A stretch of DNA of 63,869 nt, the filler included, from Deltaproteobacteria bacterium (lineage in GTDB: Bacteria; JACQOV01): assembly GCA_016202395.1 (NCBI GenBank). It is 8 parts of 8 records of this genome, joined end to end, with 100 filler letters (N's around TTAATTAATTAA, not from the genome) between each part and the next. Parts side by side here need not be neighbours in the genome. Positions count along the whole stretch, not along the records: positions 1 to 6,531 come from JACQOV010000029.1; positions 6,632 to 17,066 come from JACQOV010000001.1; 6 more parts are not named here. One strand, given 5' to 3'. The stretch's first letter is position 1. Every line of letters begins with the position of its first letter. This document shows, piece after piece, positions 1-7,902 of this stretch. Position numbers and translations under genes: made by a program. Under the pieces are notes generated by a model. That model made no database searches. It saw nothing but the letters and a program-made list of their open reading frames with translations, and was not told the origin of the DNA.

Positions 1-71
1 CATTAAAATTGTATTTGTTTATCATAGAGTTATAAATATATATTATTTTATGTTGATTTATACAATATCGC

Positions 72-503
72 GTGGTACGCTTAGGGCCTATGGGATCGGT
101 TCCTGAGAAGGCTCCGAATTTCAACTCGGAGAAGGTAAGAAGGGCGTTAACAGAGGCTTTTTTTAATCTGACAAAGCTTTGGGAACTAACGCGCCAAGAG
201 GAGGCTCGTCTGTTGGGATGGGACTATGCCGAGAAGCGGAGCACGCTGGATTACATGAGGAAAGGGAAGACGGTTCTCGACAAAGACCAAGACAAACTCG
301 AGCGCGTCATGGATCTCGTTAATGTTCATAAGTCGCTTCGGATCCTTTTCCCCAATGCTTCCTCGCGTCAAGAGGTTTACGATTGGATTAAAGTGAATAG
401 GGAGCGATTCGGAGGTTATTCCGCTCTAGATATTATGCTGGAAGAAGGGAAGGAAGGGATTGCGGCCATTCGAAATTACCTGGAGTTCGAAAGAACGCGA
501 TGA
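72..503 (+). CDS. Antitoxin, Xre/MbcA/ParS family
   Basis: C-terminal 'W...N..FGG.SALD.M......I..IR.YL' motif typical of the MbcA/ParS C-terminal domain; directly upstream of a RES gene. Confidence 0.85.
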   Translation: MVRLGPMGSVPEKAPNFNSEKVRRALTEAFFNLTKLWELTRQEEARLLGWDYAEKRSTLDYMRKGKTVLDKDQDKLERVMDLVNVHKSLRILFPNASSRQEVYDWIKVNRERFGGYSALDIMLEEGKEGIAAIRNYLEFERTR

Positions 504-507
504 TGCC

Positions 508-1209
508 ATGCCTTTTCGCGCCTATTCCAAAACAGTTTACCGGAATTTTGCGACCTCTTTTGAATCGCAAGAATTGACCGACGATCTCACAGAGAATTCC
601 CAGCATCAAGAGATTCTGAAACAGTTTTTTTATACGGATCGACCTGCTTTGGAGCTACTTCGGCCTATTGAAAGGGTTTTGCGAAAATCGGCTTATCAGA
701 TTATCCAAGAACAGATCGATTCCAAATTTAATCCTTTCACTTGGTATGGAACGCGTTATTCCGATGGGACGTGGGGAGTTTTGTATGCGGCAGAATCGGA
801 AGAGACCGCCTTAAAAGAGGCTCTTTATCATATGCGTGAATTTTATAAGGAGGAATTTCAGAAGAAAACGATCCAGGTTGATCGGCGTGTGGCCCGGCTT
901 CGAGTCAAATCCGAGCGAGCCTTCGATCTCTTGTCGGAAAAGGACCTGGATCGAGCAGCTCTTACTTCCCAAGACCCATCGGGTTATCCCTATTGCCAAA
1001 AGTTGGCTAAAAAACTTATCTCTCAGAAGGCAGAGCTTCTTCGAGCTCCGTCGGCGCGCGATTCTAAAGGGGTTTGCGTTCCCATCTTCAAAAAAGAGGC
1101 CATCCAAAAAGATTTCGGACATCTAAAATTCCTAAGATGTATCTTTCATCCCGATGGGAATGCCGACGTCCTTGGGATTAAGGTTCAAAGATGGATTCAA
1201 AAACGTTGA
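508..1209 (+). CDS. RES-domain toxin (NAD+ phosphorylase family)
   Basis: RYSDG..GVLYAA..E.TA..E, Y..CQ.LA and PSAR motifs; in-frame ATG at 508 just after the antitoxin stop. Confidence 0.85.
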   Translation: MPFRAYSKTVYRNFATSFESQELTDDLTENSQHQEILKQFFYTDRPALELLRPIERVLRKSAYQIIQEQIDSKFNPFTWYGTRYSDGTWGVLYAAESEETALKEALYHMREFYKEEFQKKTIQVDRRVARLRVKSERAFDLLSEKDLDRAALTSQDPSGYPYCQKLAKKLISQKAELLRAPSARDSKGVCVPIFKKEAIQKDFGHLKFLRCIFHPDGNADVLGIKVQRWIQKR

Positions 1210-1237
1210 AACAGAAGAGTAACTGTGTTAATGAAAT

Positions 1238-1338
1238 GGGGGCCAGGTCCTGCGCGACGGTAAGCGCTGAAAATCCCGCCAGGTCCGAAAGGAAGCAACG
1301 GTATCATTGCTGCCGGGTGCCGCAGGCTCCCTGGCTTT
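1238..1338 (+). ncRNA. ffs: Signal recognition particle RNA (small SRP, 4.5S)
   Basis: Conserved CAGGTCCGAAAGGAAGCAAC helix-8 motif inside a long hairpin (GGCCAGG...CCTGGCT); usual position upstream of dnaX. Confidence 0.92.
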
Positions 1339-1360
1339 ACCTATGGCTTTGGAGTGAGAC

Positions 1361-3034
1361 ATGGGATATCTGGTTTTAGCGAGAAAATGGAGACCCAAAT
1401 CTTTTGAGGAGGTGGTGGGGCAAAGGCCGATCATTCAGACGCTCACCCATGCCATCGAACAGGGGCGTGTGGCTCATGCGCTCCTCTTCACCGGCCCTCG
1501 AGGCGTTGGAAAAACAACGGTTGCCCGCCTTGTTGCTAAGGGGCTCAATTGTCAGCAAGGGTCCACGGCCCATCCGTGTGGTCAGTGCGCGAATTGCAAA
1601 GAGATCGTTCAAGGCTCCTCCATCGATATCTTGGAGATCGATGGGGCCTCTAACACCGGTGTCGATGATGTGCGAGAGTTGCGCGAAGGGGTTCAGTACG
1701 CCCCTGCTTCAGGACGCTATCGGATTTTTATCATCGATGAAGTCCACATGCTTTCAAACTCTGCCTTCAATGCGTTGCTAAAGACACTGGAAGAGCCCCC
1801 TTCGCATGTGATTTTTATCTTTGCGACCACAGAGCCGCACAAAATTCCTCTTACCATTTTATCTCGCTGCCAGCGGTTCGATTTTCATAGAGTGTTGGTA
1901 ACAGAAATCATGGGGCAGCTTCGAAAGATCGCTTCTGCGGAGGCGATCACCGTCGATGAAGAGGCCTTGCGCTTTCTGGCTCGAGAGGGGGATGGGAGTT
2001 TGCGCGACGCGGTGAGCCTCTTTGATCAAGCCATTGCCTGTTACGGAAAAACGATTGCTTCCACTAACGTTCAAGAGATGCTCGGGTCTGTGGAACACGC
2101 CGTGTATCGACAAGTTCTGGAGGCCATTTTCCAATGCGATGCAGCCCAGGCGATTCAACGGCTGGAGCCGATCAAAAGTCGTGGGACCGATCCTCACCAT
2201 TTCGCAAAAGAGCTTCTGGAGTATTTGCGTCATCTCACGATCTTAAAGGTGAATCCCGATTTGAGCTCCACACTTCCTTTCACTTCGGAGGAGATTGAAG
2301 AATGCAAACACCTTGTTCAATCTCTCTCTCCGGAGGATTTGCAGATGCGGTTCGAGGTATTTTTTAAAGGGTTCGATTCGTTGGCCCGTTATACCGATCC
2401 TTGGGTGGTCCTCGACATGTTAATCGTCCGTTTGGCCAAACTCCCCAAGGTCCAATCGATTGAGAGGCTTTTATCGGGTGTGGCGACAACGGAGGTCTCT
2501 TCGGAGAAGCCCTTGACTCAGGAACAGGCCTTATTCTCCGCTTCTGCCTCCCCTCTAGCCCCTGAACCGGGCCGTCTATCCTCTCCAAAAGTGGTGGCGC
2601 CTTCACCGGCCACTCCGAGCGCCTCTGCGGCGATGGAGGGAGCACCAAGCGCTGATTGGAGTCGTTGGCAGGGCTATGTAGAGTTTGTGCGGCGGCGGCG
2701 ACCTCTTCTTGCTTCGGTATTGGAGCATGGTATCCTTTCCAGCGAAAGTGACACGGAATGGGGGGTCGCTTTTGCGGCAGGGTCGATCTATCTCGAGTCG
2801 GTCTTGGACAAGGAGAACGCCGATTCGTTGAAACAGCTTCTTCAAGAGCATTTGGGGAAACCGGTGATCTTGAGAGTTTCTAAGGAAGAGAAAGAGAAAA
2901 TGGCTAGAAGAGAATCGCAACAGCCATCGGTGGATCTTAAAGAAGCGGCGTTAAAACATCCGGTCGTTCAGAAGGCTTTGACCCTTTTCCAGGGGGAGGT
3001 CGTTGAGATTCGCACCCCCAAAGGGAATGCATAA
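1361..3034 (+). CDS. dnaX: DNA polymerase III subunit gamma/tau
   Basis: LARKWRP, GPRGVGKTT, IDEVHML, SRC motifs. Confidence 0.98.
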   Translation: MGYLVLARKWRPKSFEEVVGQRPIIQTLTHAIEQGRVAHALLFTGPRGVGKTTVARLVAKGLNCQQGSTAHPCGQCANCKEIVQGSSIDILEIDGASNTGVDDVRELREGVQYAPASGRYRIFIIDEVHMLSNSAFNALLKTLEEPPSHVIFIFATTEPHKIPLTILSRCQRFDFHRVLVTEIMGQLRKIASAEAITVDEEALRFLAREGDGSLRDAVSLFDQAIACYGKTIASTNVQEMLGSVEHAVYRQVLEAIFQCDAAQAIQRLEPIKSRGTDPHHFAKELLEYLRHLTILKVNPDLSSTLPFTSEEIEECKHLVQSLSPEDLQMRFEVFFKGFDSLARYTDPWVVLDMLIVRLAKLPKVQSIERLLSGVATTEVSSEKPLTQEQALFSASASPLAPEPGRLSSPKVVAPSPATPSASAAMEGAPSADWSRWQGYVEFVRRRRPLLASVLEHGILSSESDTEWGVAFAAGSIYLESVLDKENADSLKQLLQEHLGKPVILRVSKEEKEKMARRESQQPSVDLKEAALKHPVVQKALTLFQGEVVEIRTPKGNA

Positions 3035-3043
3035 GGAGGGAAT

Positions 3044-3376
3044 ATGACATCCGGTCCTAATTTGGGGGCTATCCTAAAACAGGCTCAACAGCTCCAAACG
3101 AAACTTTCGGAGATTCAGGAACAGCTTCAGAAGAAGGTAATCGATGCCTCTTCTGGAGGGGGGATGGTGGTGGCTACCGTCAATGGCCGGCAGGAATTGG
3201 TGGGGCTTAAGATCGAGAAAGAGGTCATCAATCCGAATGAGGTGGAGATGCTTCAGGATCTCGTCGTGGCCGCTATTAATGCCGCGATGAAAAAGGCTCA
3301 AGCCATGATGCAAGAAGAGATGGGCAAGTTGACGGGAGGGATGGGTTTGCCCCCCGGTCTGTTCCCCACGTCGTAG
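3044..3376 (+). CDS. ybaB: YbaB/EbfC nucleoid-associated protein
   Basis: SGGGMV...EMLQDLVVAAIN motif; dnaX-ybaB-recR synteny. Confidence 0.95.
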   Translation: MTSGPNLGAILKQAQQLQTKLSEIQEQLQKKVIDASSGGGMVVATVNGRQELVGLKIEKEVINPNEVEMLQDLVVAAINAAMKKAQAMMQEEMGKLTGGMGLPPGLFPTS

Positions 3377-3378
3377 AT

Positions 3379-3966
3379 ATGGATCCCATTCAAACACTCG
3401 TTCAGGAACTGTGTAAACTCCCCGGCATCGGTGAGAAGACCGCCACGCGACTGGCTTTTCATATCCTCTATGCCTCGACCGACGAGGCGCTCGCTTTGGC
3501 TAAAGCGATTCAAGAGGTCAAAGAGCGGATTCGCCCTTGCTCCGTTTGTTTTAATCTTTCTTCTATCGACCCTTGCCCTATTTGTGCGGACATGCGGAGA
3601 GATCAGGATCTGATTTGTGTGGTTGAAGATTCAATCGGCTTGAATGCTGTTGAGCGAGCCGGAGTTTTTCGAGGAGTGTATCATGTGTTGTCGGGAGTGA
3701 TCGCTCCATTGGAAGGGATCGGGCCCGATCAGCTTAAAGTGAAAGAGCTCGTTGAGCGTGTACAGATGAAGCCTCCGCGGGAGGTCATTCTTTCCACCAA
3801 TCCCACGGTGGAAGGGGAGGCGACCAGCGCTTTTCTCTCCAAAATTTTAAAGCCCCATGTCCCGAAGATCACCCGAATCGCGCGCGGAGTCCCCAGTGGT
3901 TCGGATCTGGAATACGTCGATCGGATGACGCTCTCGAAGGCCTTCGAAAACCGCCGCGATTTCTGA
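3379..3966 (+). CDS. recR: Recombination mediator RecR
   Basis: LPGIGEKTA HhH, C4 zinc finger, Toprim NPTVEGEAT. Confidence 0.98.
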   Translation: MDPIQTLVQELCKLPGIGEKTATRLAFHILYASTDEALALAKAIQEVKERIRPCSVCFNLSSIDPCPICADMRRDQDLICVVEDSIGLNAVERAGVFRGVYHVLSGVIAPLEGIGPDQLKVKELVERVQMKPPREVILSTNPTVEGEATSAFLSKILKPHVPKITRIARGVPSGSDLEYVDRMTLSKAFENRRDF

Positions 3967-4061
3967 TCCTGCTAGGACTGGAGCCACTTTGCAAGAAATC
4001 CCATTTGTGATAGAACCTAAACTTATTCCCCGGTAGCTCAGTCGGCAGAGCGGGTGACTGT

Positions 4062-4611
4062 GGCCCGCGGAAGGAGCAAGACGTGGAGAAGAGAACCTAC
4101 GCCGATCGTCGGCTGAACATTATTGCGGCTGTTAGAAGACGTCGCAAAAAGGTTCGACAGATGGCTCTTGAGTACAAGGGCAATCGGTGTAGTCGTTGCG
4201 GGTATGATCGATGTGCTGAAGCGTTAGAGTTTCACCATTTAGATTCTTCCGAGAAAGACTTCGGGATTTCCGATAGAGGTTATACTCGAAGTTGGAGGAA
4301 AATTCGTGAAGAATTGGACAAATGCGTGTTAATCTGCGCGAATTGCCATCGTGAGCTCCATTCCAATACGCAGCATTCGTGGGAAACCATGAACGAAAAA
4401 TCGGGTGAAATCAGGGAAGCCGCAGCGCGTAATGGTGGCGGTAATCCTGAGCGAAGTCTGGCGAAACGCAACACCGTAGCCAGAAACGTGCAGAGACTAG
4501 GGTTTGAGGAGCGTTACCAATAAAAACCCACAAGCGCCCGACCTCTAATCCCGCTAATCGCAGGAAGAGGATGAGATAGTCCAGGCCTTAACGAAAGTTG
4601 AGGAGGTCCTG
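4062..4611 (+). mobile_element. Group I self-splicing intron in the tRNA-Asn anticodon (between positions 35 and 36)
   Basis: Exon ends in U that can pair U.G in P1; intron ends in G. P3 TCGGGTG(4401)/CGCCCGA(4535); P4 TCAGG/CCTGA; R element GCAGAGACTA; S element GAGATAGTCC; P7 GACTA/TAGTC; P9 CCTTAAC-GAAA-GTTGAGG. Confidence 0.92.
4083..4523 (+). CDS. Intron-encoded HNH (homing) endonuclease
   Basis: CxxC...LEFHH...CxxxCANCHRELH zinc-finger HNH signature; SD AAGGAG at 4071-4076; lies wholly inside the intron. Confidence 0.88.
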   Translation: MEKRTYADRRLNIIAAVRRRRKKVRQMALEYKGNRCSRCGYDRCAEALEFHHLDSSEKDFGISDRGYTRSWRKIREELDKCVLICANCHRELHSNTQHSWETMNEKSGEIREAAARNGGGNPERSLAKRNTVARNVQRLGFEERYQ

Positions 4612-4789
4612 TAATCACTAGGTCGCAGGTTCGAATCCTGCCCGGGGAGTTTTTGTTCCATGGCCCATCCGAAGCAAAATTGTTAAACCGATAGACTCTT
4701 GCATTTATCGCAAAGTAAGCTAAAGGGCTTAATTTTTACAACCTTTAGCTTATAAATAGGAGAAGAAGCTAATTTCCGAGACGTTTGCG

Positions 4790-5287
4790 ATGCAAAAAAT
4801 TGGTCCATTTTTGTGGTTCGATAAAGAAGCCGAGGAGGCCGCCCATTTTTATGTGTCGGTTTTCTCCGAGGCAGGTCAGGATGCCAAAATTTTGAATATC
4901 ACTCGTTACCCCAAAGCGGCTGAAAAAGTGTCTGGCAAATCTGCGGGGAGTGTGATGACCGTTGATTTTGAGTTAGACGCCCAGAGATTTGTTGCTTTGA
5001 ATGGCGGACCGATATTTAAATTTTCCCCTGCGATATCGTTCTTGGTGAATTGCAAGACACAGGAGGAAGTCGATCAGTTGTGGAAAAAACTCTCGGCTGT
5101 GCCGGAAGCGGAGCAATGTGGCTGGTTGCAAGACAAATACGGCGTCTCGTGGCAGATTGTCCCCACTGTTTTGAACGAGATGCTACGAGATGCAGACGCC
5201 AAAAAGTCGGAAAAAGTAATGGCTGCCCTGCTCCAAATGAAAAAGATCGATGTCGAAGCGTTAAAACGAGCTTACACGCAAGGATAG
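4790..5287 (+). CDS. VOC family protein (PhnB / 3-demethylubiquinone-9 3-methyltransferase-like)
   Basis: PFLWFD.EAEEAA.FY, LNGGP.F, CGWL.DKYGVSWQIVP. Confidence 0.92.
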   Translation: MQKIGPFLWFDKEAEEAAHFYVSVFSEAGQDAKILNITRYPKAAEKVSGKSAGSVMTVDFELDAQRFVALNGGPIFKFSPAISFLVNCKTQEEVDQLWKKLSAVPEAEQCGWLQDKYGVSWQIVPTVLNEMLRDADAKKSEKVMAALLQMKKIDVEALKRAYTQG

Positions 5288-5303
5288 TACGACGAAGTTT
5301 TTG

Positions 5304-5909
5304 TCACTTTTGAAGCGATCGATGCAGATCCATGAGAGGCCTAAAATTTTGATGATCTGCCTCCCGAAGAACTTTTAAATATTTTTGGCGTACCACTGAA
5401 GTATCCATTAAGCTTTTTTCTGGCCATTGAATCAGAGGTAGTTCGTTTTTCCTCAAGTGAATATTTGTAATCAAACGGGCCCATCGGCCATTTCCGTTTT
5501 CGAAGGGGTGAATCCACACGAGCCGATGATGTAGCCTCGCTGTAATTTCGTCCATAGCCATTTTCGATGCTATCCAATAGTGGTAATCTTTCTCTAACAT
5601 TTTTAAGGCTTCCGGAATTTGGGATTTATCGATGCCAATCGTTTTATTAGATTTCCGTATTTGGCCAGCCCAATTCCATACTTCTCTAAACATCTCTCGG
5701 TGCGTTTGTAAAAACCAAGAGTAATGAAAGGGGGCCATCTTCTCAGTAGGATGCCGAAGGAGATATTTTGTAATAGCCTTGTTGACGTTGGCAAATTCAA
5801 GAGCATTCAACTGCTCGCGTGAATGAACTTCTACCAACAGGCCAGAGGTATCGTCCAAAGGGGTTTTCCCTTGATTGGTATCGAACCTTCTTTGTTTCAA
5901 TCTTCCCAT
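5304..5909 (-). CDS. Fic-family protein (mobile mystery protein B-like)
   Basis: HPFENGNGRWAR Fic motif; N-terminal G.TPLDD...L...E..N; paired with an HTH gene. Confidence 0.88.
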   Translation of the reverse strand: MGRLKQRRFDTNQGKTPLDDTSGLLVEVHSREQLNALEFANVNKAITKYLLRHPTEKMAPFHYSWFLQTHREMFREVWNWAGQIRKSNKTIGIDKSQIPEALKMLEKDYHYWIASKMAMDEITARLHHRLVWIHPFENGNGRWARLITNIHLRKNELPLIQWPEKSLMDTSVVRQKYLKVLREADHQNFRPLMDLHRSLQK

Positions 5910-6349
5910 AGTAATGTTTTCTTTTTATCCATCAGTTCCTCTATCAAATCTTTAAGTTGTTGATGAGCGTAGAGATCCAAAGGCTCTTGCTCTTCGAGCG
6001 TTGCCGTTCCTTTCGACAAGGAGATAATCTGTTGTGCTTTTTCCTCTGCTCGTTTTTTTAGCAGTTTTATAATCGATTTTTTAGGGACAAAGCGCACGAT
6101 GAGATCACATTCCAAACCTTCAGCCGTTTTTTGAAGGGTAGAAAGACGAGGGTCCCCTTTTCCTGATTCAAGTCGACGAACCAGGCGTGGGCTCTGTGAA
6201 GCTCTTTTAGCCAGTTGAGCTTGAGTCATCCCCAGAATCGATCGAAGCGCCCGAATTTGAGCAGGATAATCTATTGATTTCTTTAGCCATTCTGGGAGAT
6301 GTTCCCGAGAGCGATAAACCTCGTCTGTAAAAAGATAATCCAGTTTCAT
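5897..6349 (-). CDS. XRE-type HTH protein (mobile mystery protein A-like)
   Basis: IRALR..LGMTQAQLA.R HTH, then A..L.C.L...FVP; start at 6349 inferred from promoter spacing. Confidence 0.82.
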   Translation of the reverse strand: MKLDYLFTDEVYRSREHLPEWLKKSIDYPAQIRALRSILGMTQAQLAKRASQSPRLVRRLESGKGDPRLSTLQKTAEGLECDLIVRFVPKKSIIKLLKKRAEEKAQQIISLSKGTATLEEQEPLDLYAHQQLKDLIEELMDKKKTLLWED

Positions 6350-6390
6350 AGGCTTATAATAGGACATATAATACCTATTGTCAACATAAA

Positions 6391-6442
6391 AATAGGACTT
6401 ATAAGTCTTATTCTACTCTATAAAAGAGGACTCAAAAGTCCT
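6391..6442. promoter_or_regulatory. Two palindromic operator-like boxes (AGGACT-N4-AGTCYT) next to a TTGACA-17-TATTAT promoter on the minus strand
   Basis: AATAGGACTTATAAGTCTTATT (6391-6412) and AGGACTCAAAAGTCCT (6427-6442). Confidence 0.55.
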
Positions 6443-6531
6443 ATAGTCGTAAACTACCCTCATGATTTTTTTAATCCTCACGCAACCAATGCCCTTCTGT
6501 GATCGATAGAGTAAGAGAAGAGCTAAAGCGC

Positions 6532-6631
6532 NNNNNNNNNNNNNNNNNNNNNNNNNNNNNNNNNNNNNNNNNNNNTTAATTAATTAANNNNNNNNNNNNN
6601 NNNNNNNNNNNNNNNNNNNNNNNNNNNNNNN
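6532..6631. other. Artificial contig spacer (also 17067-17166, 26371-26470, 46420-46519, 49477-49576, 59755-59854, 62436-62535)
   Basis: Identical 100-nt blocks of N with a central TTAATTAATTAA that stops all six frames. Confidence 0.99.
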
Positions 6632-7055
6632 GATCGATTACTTTAAGTCCTGAAAAACGATTAAAGTCTTCATCCGCTGTTAAGATTTGAAGAATCCCAT
6701 TTTCGATCAACAGCGCTGCAATATGAGCATCATGAAGAATATTCCCTTTGATGGAGGTCGCCTTTACCAAATCCGATAAGATGTGAGGATGCCGTTCTGC
6801 TTCCGATAAAAGGAGAATCATGGGAGATTGAAGTAAATTCTCAATGGCGGCCCAAGCGATTTCTGTTGGAGTCGGAGGATGGAAAACTTTAGGATGCGTT
6901 ACGACACGAAGGAATTCATAAATGCAAGGCCAGGGCAATACCCATGGATCATTTCCCTCGGCGAATTGAGTTAAAATCCGTTTTGCTTTTTGATGATGAG
7001 GGGCTTCCTCTCGATGAGCATAAATTAGGATATTCGTGTCAATAGCCGTAATCAT
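6632..7055 (-). CDS. vapC: VapC/PIN-domain toxin (3' end lost at contig edge)
   Basis: IDTNILIYA, EFLRVVT.P, HDAHIAA, TAD.DF.RF. Confidence 0.9.
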
Positions 7056-7291
7056 TTTTCATCCATGAGGTCAAAAAGGAAGTCGCGATCATCCAAGCGA
7101 ACCCCGGGTTGAATGGTCCCTCGATAAGTTTTCCATTGAAGACGGAATTTTCGTTGAGGGAAGGTGGCGCCTATTAAGGATTTACGAAGAAGGGCATTGA
7201 CCAATTCTTTCATGGTTTGTCCTTTCATCACCGCGCTCTCTTTAAGTTTTCGCGCGATATCATCCTCCAAAACCAAAGTCGTCCTTCTCAT
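7052..7291 (-). CDS. VapB-like antitoxin (ribbon-helix-helix)
   Basis: MRRTTL.L.DD...; overlaps the vapC start by ATGA. Confidence 0.8.
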   Translation of the reverse strand: MRRTTLVLEDDIARKLKESAVMKGQTMKELVNALLRKSLIGATFPQRKFRLQWKTYRGTIQPGVRLDDRDFLFDLMDEK

Positions 7292-7500
7292 ATGTTTAAG
7301 CATACATAACGCGCACATTTATGTCAAGGTGGCCTTTCTTACTTGACAAAGCGTATCGGCAAGGAATAGAACGATAACGGCATGTCCTTGGAATTATTCT
7401 TAAAACAGATGAAATTAGGGCCGATGGAGGGTTTTGTCTATCTGAATCTTCGATAGGGTGATTTGGAATCGTTTGTGAAATTTCGGATGAGACCCCGACG

Positions 7501-7902
7501 ATGAATCCTTCATACACCATTGTGGTGGCGGTGATTGAGGAGAATGGCGCGGTTTTCCTGGTGAAGAGACCTGCAGGGACCCATCTTCAAGGGTATTGGG
7601 AGTTTCCTGGAGGGAAAATAGAGGCTGGAGAAACACTCGAAAGGGCCCTTTTTCGAGAGGTTCGTGAGGAGGTGGGATGGGAGATCCTTGTGCTTGAAAA
7701 GATAGATGAAGTGGACTATAGTTACACAGACCGAGATGTTCATCTCCATTTTTATAGATGTGTTCGGAGGACACAAGAAGAGCCTGCCACTCCTTTAGAG
7801 CCTTTAGAATATGTTTGGGCGCCTATCCAAAAACTGTCACACTATAACATTCCTCCTGCCAATCAGAAGGTGGTTCAGAACTTAATCGAACGAGAAACCT
7901 AG
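7501..7902 (+). CDS. MutT-like NUDIX hydrolase
   Basis: WEFPGGKIE.GET...AL.REVREE Nudix box. Confidence 0.9.
   Translation: MNPSYTIVVAVIEENGAVFLVKRPAGTHLQGYWEFPGGKIEAGETLERALFREVREEVGWEILVLEKIDEVDYSYTDRDVHLHFYRCVRRTQEEPATPLEPLEYVWAPIQKLSHYNIPPANQKVVQNLIERET

Larger units (their letters stand above)
4027..4649 (+). tRNA. tRNA-Asn(GUU), split by an intron: exons 4027-4061 and 4612-4649
   Basis: Joined exons give a full cloverleaf: acceptor TCCCCGG/CCGGGGA, anticodon arm GGTGA-CTGTTAA-TCACT, T-arm GCAGG-TTCGAAT-CCTGC, discriminator G. Confidence 0.92.

Noticed and set aside
1361-3034. Programmed frameshift in dnaX producing the gamma subunit
   Set aside because: No AAAAAAG or long A-run slippery site was seen in the linker region.
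4604-4649. 3' tRNA half read alone as tRNA-Tyr (CT-GTA-AT) or as a prophage att duplication
   Set aside because: Short variable loop, G discriminator and exact complementarity with the 5' half at 4027 fit Asn. No sequence is duplicated, there is no integrase, and the insert has a group I core.
6532-6631. Recurrent TTAATTAATTAA motif and ORFs ending in XXX-LIN
   Set aside because: Artificial contig linkers; genes on either side cannot be treated as neighbours.
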